From Antedon mediterranea (Eukaryota > Animalia > Echinodermata), in NCBI RefSeq assembly GCF_964355755.1, contig NC_092675.1:31634885-31698884 (forward strand): DNA of 64,000 nt, read 5' to 3'. Each line of letters starts with the position of its first letter. The stretch's first letter is position 1. Shown here piece after piece: positions 11,701 to 20,700 of this stretch. A model generated the notes under the pieces. It was not told the DNA's origin. It saw only the letters and a program-made list of their open reading frames with translations, and did no database searches. A program made the translations under genes and the position numbers.

Positions 11701-14700
11701 GGATGTCCGTGTGGAAACGGACGCATCCGAAGTAGGCTGGGGCGGTCACATACCGTCTCCGGACATTCGCGTCTCCGGCCTCTGGTCGCCCGAGGAGACG
11801 CGCGCCCACATCAACCTGCTCGAACTTTGGGCAGTCGAGCGCTCGTTGGAGGCTCTTCTTCCCCATCTGGCAAATCGCCATGTTCTCGTCAATTCCGACA
11901 ACACAACCGTCGTGGCATACATAAACAGGCAAGGGGGTACACGGTCCCCCACGCTATGTTGCCACACGTGGACGTTGCTAATGTGGTGTATAAGACACAA
12001 CATCCAACTGTCAGCGGCCCACATTGCGGGTCGTCTGAACATAGTGGCGGACGCACTGTCCCGTCCACTTCTACGTCCTACGGAATGGCGTCTTCTTCCA
12101 ATAATCGCCACCCAGATCTTCAACCACTTTGGGCGGCCCCATGTAGATCTGTTTGCGACGTCAGGCAACACGCAGCTCCCGACGTTCTGCAGCCGATATC
12201 GGGATGCACATGCGTGGGCGGTGGATGCCCTGTCCATACCATGGGACAACCTTTGGGCATATGCCTTTCCACCGATTTCAATACTGCCACTGGTCCTGAC
12301 GCACATTCAGCGCCATCAATGCCAAGTCCTACTAATAGCGCCGTATTGGCCCAGGCAGCCGTGGTTTCCACTGCTTCTAGGCCTTCTGTACGATCAGCCG
12401 TTACGTCTTCCGATTCGGAACGACTTGCTGACGCAGGGCCGAGCTCGGTTTGCTCTACCGAACCTCATATCCCTCGACCTGACTGTATGGCCATTGTCAG
12501 GGATCGTTTCAGAGACTCAGGCATTCCAGATGGTCCGGCCGCCCTCGCGGCGAAATCCCGACGGGAATCCACTCTTGCTGTCTACAATAGCCGATTAAAA
12601 CACTTTTTCGAATGGTGCAAGCGCCAGAAGACCGACCCTATGAAAGTGACTTTGGGCCAGGTCTGCGCTTTCCTACATTACCTGTTTGAGTCAGGTCTGC
12701 AGGTTCGCACCGTATCCGGCTATCGGTCTGCCTTGGCTGCAGTAATTCCGAATTTTAAAGACGGCTCGACCATCTCTTCATCCCCTGCAATTTCCAGTTT
12801 GCTTCGCGGGATGTTTCGAGAACGGCCTCCTACTAAGGCCCTGATTCCACGTTGGGACGTCAATGTCGTCCTAGCCGCTCTTATGCGTCCACCCTTCGAG
12901 CCCCTGAGTAGGGCATCACTTTACAACCTGACTCTCAAAACTGCCTTTTTGATTGCACTAGCCTCGTGCAAGCGCAGAGGTGAACTGCATGCTCTTTCTC
13001 TGGAGCCAGGGCACATCAGGTTTGAACGGGGTGGCGCGCGGTTGGTTTTTAGAAAAGATTTCCTTGCAAAATCTCAGACATTGAACTTCTCGCCGCCGAC
13101 TGTGTTTATTCCCACCATTGCTGCATATTCAGGGGTTGAGGAAGACAGACTTTGGTGCCCGGTGCGGGCACTAAAGTTTTACATCAAACGCACAGAGTCC
13201 ATTCGGGTCTCAGCGTCACATCTGTTCGTATCGACAGTTGCACCCTTCCGACCGGCTGCTCGGTCGACGCTGGCAAACTGGGTCGTGGCAGCCATCCGGG
13301 CTGGTTACGACTCCACAAATACGCCTCCTCCGGCACATATGCACCAAGTGCGTGGCATAGCCGCTTCATGGGCGCTGTTTGCTGGGGTGCCCCTTCCAGA
13401 CATCCTGCAAGCGGCATGGTGGCGATCACAGTCCACCTTCACATCCCACTACCTGTCGGATACCTCCGCAAACCAGTCTACGGTGGCGGCTTCAATCTTG
13501 AAGCCCAGACACTAGGTATGTATGACAATGTTTACCTTGCCTCCCGCCTCCGACTAGACTCTAGTCCGGTGCTACACTGGCTTATGTTGGTTTATCCAGG
13601 TAAGCTAGGCACGATATAGACTACACAAACCAACAGTGGTGTTGGTAGTCTATGAGTGCCGCTTACCTGGATAAACGCCCTCCCTACCGTCCCCTCAGGC
13701 AGGTGGTCTTGAGAAATGATGACGATGATAAGTGGGTGTGTCTCACTTGAGGGCGTACTGGTGGCGGACTGATCCATTATCCGACGGGGGTGGGGAAAAA
13801 TTAATGTTATTAATGTTCTTCTTTTCGTAATGTTTACCTCTCGTCGGAGAGAGAGGCTTATGTTGGTTTATCCAGGTAAGCGGCACTCATAGACTACCAA
13901 CACCACTGTTGGTTTGTGTAATTTACCGGGCGTAGAGTAGTACACGGCAATGGTAAAGAATAGGCCGTGCTGAGTAACGATTCGTTGATTTTTGGTGTTG
14001 CTGTGTTCAGGCCTTTTTTGTGAACTAACTTAGCATGTTAGTAAATAATTGTCTGTAAAAGTGAATGTACACTAGTTTGTTAATAAATATGTATTATAAA
14101 ATAGTTTACAATTGCAAAAATTTTTATCATAATTCTATTTAACACATTGACTGCCAAGGCATTTTCCGTAATTTCTGTCCCAGTGCCAAGTCCCGTTTAC
14201 ATATTAAATTACAGTTTGAAAGTGTAACATCTGGTCACAGACTATCATGATGTCATTCAAAATACGATGGCGGGAAAAACCGTTGAGACGTATAAATACG
14301 TCACTGGCAATGGTCCAACAATTTTATTGACTTTGCCAGGAACGTAAATATACGTCGGGGATTTTCCGCGCTAAAATCGGTCAAACCTATCATCGAGAGA
14401 TAAAAACAGTAAACCACACTGAATCATTTCATCCTTTATTATTTTTATTTACTATTAGCGCAATTTATGACATGTTTGAGATGATTATATTGAGTGTGAG
14501 GGCGCCATCGTATCAACCATATTCAATGCATGAGGGAATAAACACAAACAAACATATGACATTTATTTTTAGATTATCGTTTACGTACATCATTCATAAA
14601 CTGCCATGCGATAATTCCTGTTCCAATCACCACTGCCAGCGATTCTACATACAATACAAAAGTGCTACGATTTTGACGTAGTATTACGTCTTGGCAAGTA

Positions 14701-17700
14701 GCGACACGCAATTTTTGACGTATAAATACGCCGTGGCAGTGAACGTGTTAATGTGACATGTATAATATATCTATTAAATCAAGTCTTATTTAGTATGTAT
14801 ACATCCGCCCTTATGAGGGCGGGCATCACTCACTGGCGCTCTCTGTTACAAATATCATTCTTGTGATATATATTCTTTGCTTGAACTTGAATATTTTTGC
14901 AAGTCATTAAAAATGTTTTCCAGCAAAAAAACGGCCCTCTATAGTTCTATCATATATAGTATATATAATAGTATTTCTATCATATATAGTATATATAATA
15001 GTATTTCTATCATATATAGTATATATAATAGTATTTCTATCATATATAGTATATATAATAGTATTTCTATCTTGGAAAGTTGTTTTGAGTAGCGTAATGG
15101 CGGCCATTTTGAAAGTAACCAAAATTTACCAGCCCCAATATAGGGCAACATCGTGTTTATCACAACACGCAAAAAAAGTTAGTTTTTGTACTATAGTGAA
15201 TTTTTGGAAAATGTCATTATTTTCACGATTTTTCACAAAAACTTTGATTTGTGCATAATTTTTATAATACAATAACAATAATTTTTTTTTATATTTTTAT
15301 TTTTTATACGTATCTTTATCAATATCCAGTTGGAAAAATGTATTCTTCCATAAGAATTTCTTATAGAAAATATAGTTTTTATCATTGATTCGATAAAAAA
15401 CACGAAATCTAAAATACCTGTAATGACGTCACATGACGTCATCAATATGCAAATTACTTTTTTTTTATACCTAACTGTAGACTAGCCTTTGCCGATCACA
15501 CACCACAAAAATAATTATACAATTATCTCAATTACTATTTTTTTGCAATTTATTAAATATCATATGTTTTTCTTAAATATATATTACGCACAGAGGTGGG
15601 AATAATGCTCCGCAGTGAAAGGGTTAAGATTAAATAAAAATACTTTTGAAATAAAAAAGTTATGAATTTAACTTTCAAAATGTACTTATAACAGCCAGAA
15701 ACTTCAAATCAAATTTAAAATGATTTTATAGGACTCATCTTCTGATATAAGACAAGGCCTTCATCAACTTTTATATACTGTTAGTTTTGCAACCAAGATG
15801 TGTCTTCATTTAACACTACAATTTTTGCTAAAGAATCTCAATAAATACCCACAAGACCGAATATCTATTTGGAAGTAAGTAAAACCACTTGAGAATGTAC
15901 CTCAGAATTGTTGTACAGCAGTAAATAGATATGATAGGTGCTTCATGTTGTTTTGTTATTAGGCTTTAAAGTAGTTTTACTAGAGATTCACCCATAATGT
16001 CATTATTATTATTATGATCTATTATCACGATAAAGAGTAACCATCAGCAAGATCTATTTGTTGCACTTGGGCCAATAAGATTGGGTGCAATACTAAATAG
16101 ATATGATAGGTGCTTCATGTTGTTATTAGGCTTTACAGTAGTTTTACTAGAGATTCACCCATAATGTCATTATTATTATTATGATCTATTATCACGATAA
16201 AGAGTAACCGTCAGCAAGATCCATTTGTTGCACTTGGGCCAATAAGATTGGGTGCAATACTAAATAGATATGATAGGTGCTTCATGTTGTTATTAGGCTT
16301 TAGAGTAGTTTTACTAGAGATTCACCCATAATGTCATTATTATTATTATGATCTATTATCACGATAAAGAGTAACCGTCAGCATGATCTATTTGTTGCAC
16401 TTGGGCCAATAAGATTGGGTGCAATACTAAATACAATGCTGGTTGGTGGATTCTATAATTAATAACTCATGCTTAACTTGGTTAAACACGTTTCTCCAGC
16501 ATGCTCCACTGGATCATGTTTGGGTGATCACGTTATTTGATAACTTTACGTTTGAGAACAGATAAATGGTGAACCTACTGTGTTTGTATTTGTATACAAA
16601 TTATTTTACTTATTCATATATTCCTTATAGATGTTCAAAGGCACTTGGTGAAAATCACTCTAACCTGGCTTTGACTCTTGTACCAGAACTTTTAGGAACA
16701 CATGCATATTTTGCTATTCCTGAGCCAGATATGGATGATCCTGGTTGTATCCTTAAATGAAAAACTTCCCAAAAGAAGTTGATGCCAATTAAAGTTTTTT
16801 TTTAAATGACATGATGACATTATATATTGCAGTTTGATTGATGTTTTGATTTATTATGGCAAAAAAGCATAGTGTGGCTTTGTATTAAATAAACTTAATA
16901 AAATTAAAGAGGCAGCATGTAACATTAACCAGAAAATATTTATAAATATTTAGTTTCATCCCTTATACTGTACAAAGATATCTGTGTGATGATTTTGATT
17001 TTCAACTCTGCAGTAACACAACCTACAATGACAACATTGTTACCAGAATATACAAAGAGACATTATGCATACTTGAGGGATAGTCTTCCACATCTTGTGC
17101 CACTTGTAAGAGTAAGTATGACATCATTGTGATCAATTCTTCTGTATACAGTATTTTGTTTATTGAGTTTGCAAGGCAAGATTTCTTATTTTGCAGCATT
17201 TTCAGGTGGTGTCTTCAGCACAAACACATACTTTAGTTCGTGCTAACTGCAGTCCTCAAGAATTTTTACAGCAAGCACTTGAGAAACTTGAACAAGTTGG
17301 TCGTCTAGATATGGACTCTGGAATTAAACTCATGGAAACAACAATTAGGTAAGATGTAGTAATAATTACATGTTGTAACATACACACAGCTCTACCTATA
17401 AATCCTGCATGGCTCATTTACTGTACTGGCAACAACATTCATCACCCTAATTTATTCTATTAAACCAGACAGCATCTATTAAAAAAAAAAAAAATCATTT
17501 AATTATATTGGATAATTATACTTCTAGTGTAAACAACCTCATATAAATTATGTTCGTTTTCGTCTTTTAGAGATCTGAGACGTGTTGTTAAACTTGAGGA
17601 AAACTTGGTAGCCTCAGCTGATTTTTACTCGCTCTACTTACAGTGTCAATTGTTACTTACAAAGGTATCCCATGAATCTGTTATTATATTTTGACACTTT

Positions 17701-20700
17701 GTACTAATTTTCTGTTTATGATATTATGTTGTTATTCTATTACTTTTCAACACATCATAACTGATGCCAAATATGGCTTGAAATACAGTATTGCTGTATG
17801 TTGTACAGACTATAAGTCAGTTCTCACGTATGGTGTAAGCCATGGCATACGCCTTGCGTAATGCAACTCACTATCAACCGAATCATGTTGTATAGACTAT
17901 GAGTCTGTTCTCACGTATGGTGTAAGCCATGGCATACGCCTTGCGTAATGCAACTCACTATCAACTGAATCATGTTGTATAGACTATGAGTCAGTTCTCA
18001 CGTATGGTTTAAGCCATGGCATACGCCTTGCGTAATGCAACTCACTATCAACTGAATCATGTTGTATAGACTATGAGTCTGTTCTCACGTATGGTGTAAG
18101 CCATGGCATACGCCTTCCGTAATGCAACTCAATATCAACTGAATCATGTTGTATAGACTATGAGTCAGTTCTCACATATGGTGTAAGCTATGGCGTATGC
18201 CTTGCGTAATGCAACTCACTATCAACTGAATCATGTTGTACAGGCTATGAGTCTGTTCTCACGTATGGTGTAAGCCATGGCGTACGCCTTGCGTAATGCA
18301 AATCACTATCAGATGAATCATGTTGTACAGGCTATGAGCCTGTTCACATGTATGGTGTAAGCCTTGCGTATGCGTATGCCTACCCCATCTTAAATAATGC
18401 CACAGAGCTAACTCCAGCAAGCTATTCAGCTGCTCTTCGATCTGAAAGCGTATGAATTGTTTAGGGTGAAATAAAAGTAAATAATGGTGTTTTTTAGGAA
18501 GTAATTAAATTCCAAATCAAGCGCTGACTGTAATTATTTAAAAAAAATACGACGTTCATTAAGAAAGTGTAAAATCTAAAAAGGGACCATGGGTTAGTAC
18601 TTTTAAAACATAAAGGATACTTTGACTTCTGTGTTTAACGCCATTCCTTAATATAACGAACGGCATACGTGTAAACCCCTGGGCATTTTAATCTGTGGAT
18701 TACCTTACCACTTACATAAAATCGCTAAATCCATTGGTATCATCTACAAGGTAAAACACTTTTTTCCTAAACATATTCTTTTAAATTTGTACAATGCGTT
18801 TAGCCTACCACACCTCTATTACTGCAATATAATATGGGGATATAAATATCCAAGAAACTTAGAAAAAATACATAAATTACAAAAACGTATAGCTAGAATG
18901 ATTACAAACTCACCGATGAGAACAGCCTCCAAACCACTATTACAAAGTTTAAAAATGTTAAATATAATATACTATATATATAAAATTCAAATTGCATGCT
19001 TTATGTTCAAATATCATCTCCAAGAACTTCCCATCCCTATAAACAACTTGATTCATTTAACCCTAAAACTGATCGCTTAAAGACATTAAGAAACGCAAAT
19101 AAGATATACATTCCACACAGTAGACTAGAAATAAATAAAAGATCAATTTTCATTGAAGGACCATCTTACTGGAATAAACTCCAGTCTACTCTTGAACAAA
19201 ATCACATGACCTCGCTCCCTATATTAAAGTACAATATTAAAAAGATGATATTTGAAACATATTGCTAGCTACTATTGCTACTGCACAATGAAGTTGTAAA
19301 TATTGTTATGTAATGCGTCCGTCTATGTTTTATGTTTAGACTACAAAGACAAGCCACTTTGGCTTCTGTGTATCTAACCCATAAAACTGTTAAATGTTGA
19401 ATAAATGTTGTTATTAGTAACAAAAAACTTGTGTAAGCCACGCCAGTCTTACACACGTGTGGAAGATAAACGGGCAGTTTATTAACCTCAAATGAATAAT
19501 TTTTTACAGGCTATGAAAGATAAACAGTGGTCTGTTCCAGCTCCACTTTGTCCTCAACATAATCTAACAATATCTGCTATTACAAAAAAGGTATTACTGT
19601 ATAATTTTCATCATATTTCATTCATATTTAAAAAGAATCTCCTGCATAATATATTGTTTGAAGGTTTGCATGGTGAAATCAAGTTTGCTGTACACCACGT
19701 TCTAAAAAAAACTGTTATGTTTCTCTCAACAGTTCTTTTCAGAACTACATATGTGAACCTTTATATCAATATAACTCCTGCTTAAACAATTATTTGATGA
19801 TGGGTTTGTTTTAATTTTAACAAAGGTGATTGAGTTATCATATCAACTAGAACACCTGTTTGTTGGTTGTAGTGCTCAAGATCTAGCATCTGTGTATCAA
19901 TTGCGACTTAGAGCAATAACTTTACAACTTTTGGTACAACTACGAGGACGCTCAGTATCTGGTTTATTCAGTAAAAGTAATATAAACCAACAATGTGAAA
20001 ATTATCTTTTAAAATTGAGTACTTTACAAAGGTGAGTATTAAAGGCACATATTAGTTATTAACTAAACACCAGCATTTATAAAACTTTTATAAGAATAGA
20101 ATTTGGATTTCATTAAAGATGTTTTGTCCACCTGAAAAAAATATTCTTAAACATTTTTGATGTAATTAATCTTCATTTTCATGTTTGTGAACATCTTGAA
20201 AGTCAAGTCTTGAAAAAACATAAGATGAAGAAAATTGCTTTTTATTCAGGAAACCAATCGCTATAGTATTAAATAATCATAAATTTAAGGGTCAAAAATT
20301 TGTGTCCAGTTATTAAATATATTTTATTAGAATTATTTTTGTTTTCTTTGTTAAACATGGTTGGCACAGAGAATCATGCTAATAATGTTTTATTTTTATT
20401 TCTGTTCAATACAATCTGTTTACTGATATGATACCACAAACTTACTAAAGTTGTAAAACTAAAATATATAAATATGTTTTACTAGATGAAAATCAACTGT
20501 ATTTTAAGCTTTTTTAAAAAAACTTATGAAGCCATTCCGCAGCCCTTCAAAAACTACTAGTGATAGACCCTCTTAAAGTATACAGTATCCCCTTTTTGTT
20601 TTTGCAGGTATTTTGCGGCAAACAATCTTCAACCTCATAGTTTTACACAAGCCCTGTTTTCTGAAATGCATAAGTTTGAGGCCAGCAAGCCTGGAATTTT

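Larger units (their letters stand above)
8620..13920 (+). mobile_element. DIRS-type tyrosine-recombinase retrotransposon, near full length (5.3 kb)
   Basis: Inverted terminal repeats 8638-8807 / 13712-13881 (170 bp, one mismatch seen), unequal terminal extensions, an internal complementary region, and gag-like, RT/RH/MT and YR ORFs. Visibly GC-rich relative to the host. Confidence 0.95.
8032..15623. mobile_element. Non-autonomous piggyBac-like element hosting nested insertions
   Basis: TTAA at 8028-8031 and 15624-15627. TIRs CACTTTCACTGCG / CGCAGTGAAAGGG match at 12 of 13 positions. No transposase ORF. Confidence 0.75.

Noticed and set aside
9024-13429. Minus-strand ORFs inside the DIRS element
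   Set aside because: Expected shadows in GC-rich coding DNA, with no recognisable motifs.
17665-17672. GTATCCCA donor of INTS4 intron 13 as U12-type
   Set aside because: It departs from RTATCCTT, and the acceptor has an ordinary T-rich tract with no U12 branch site seen.
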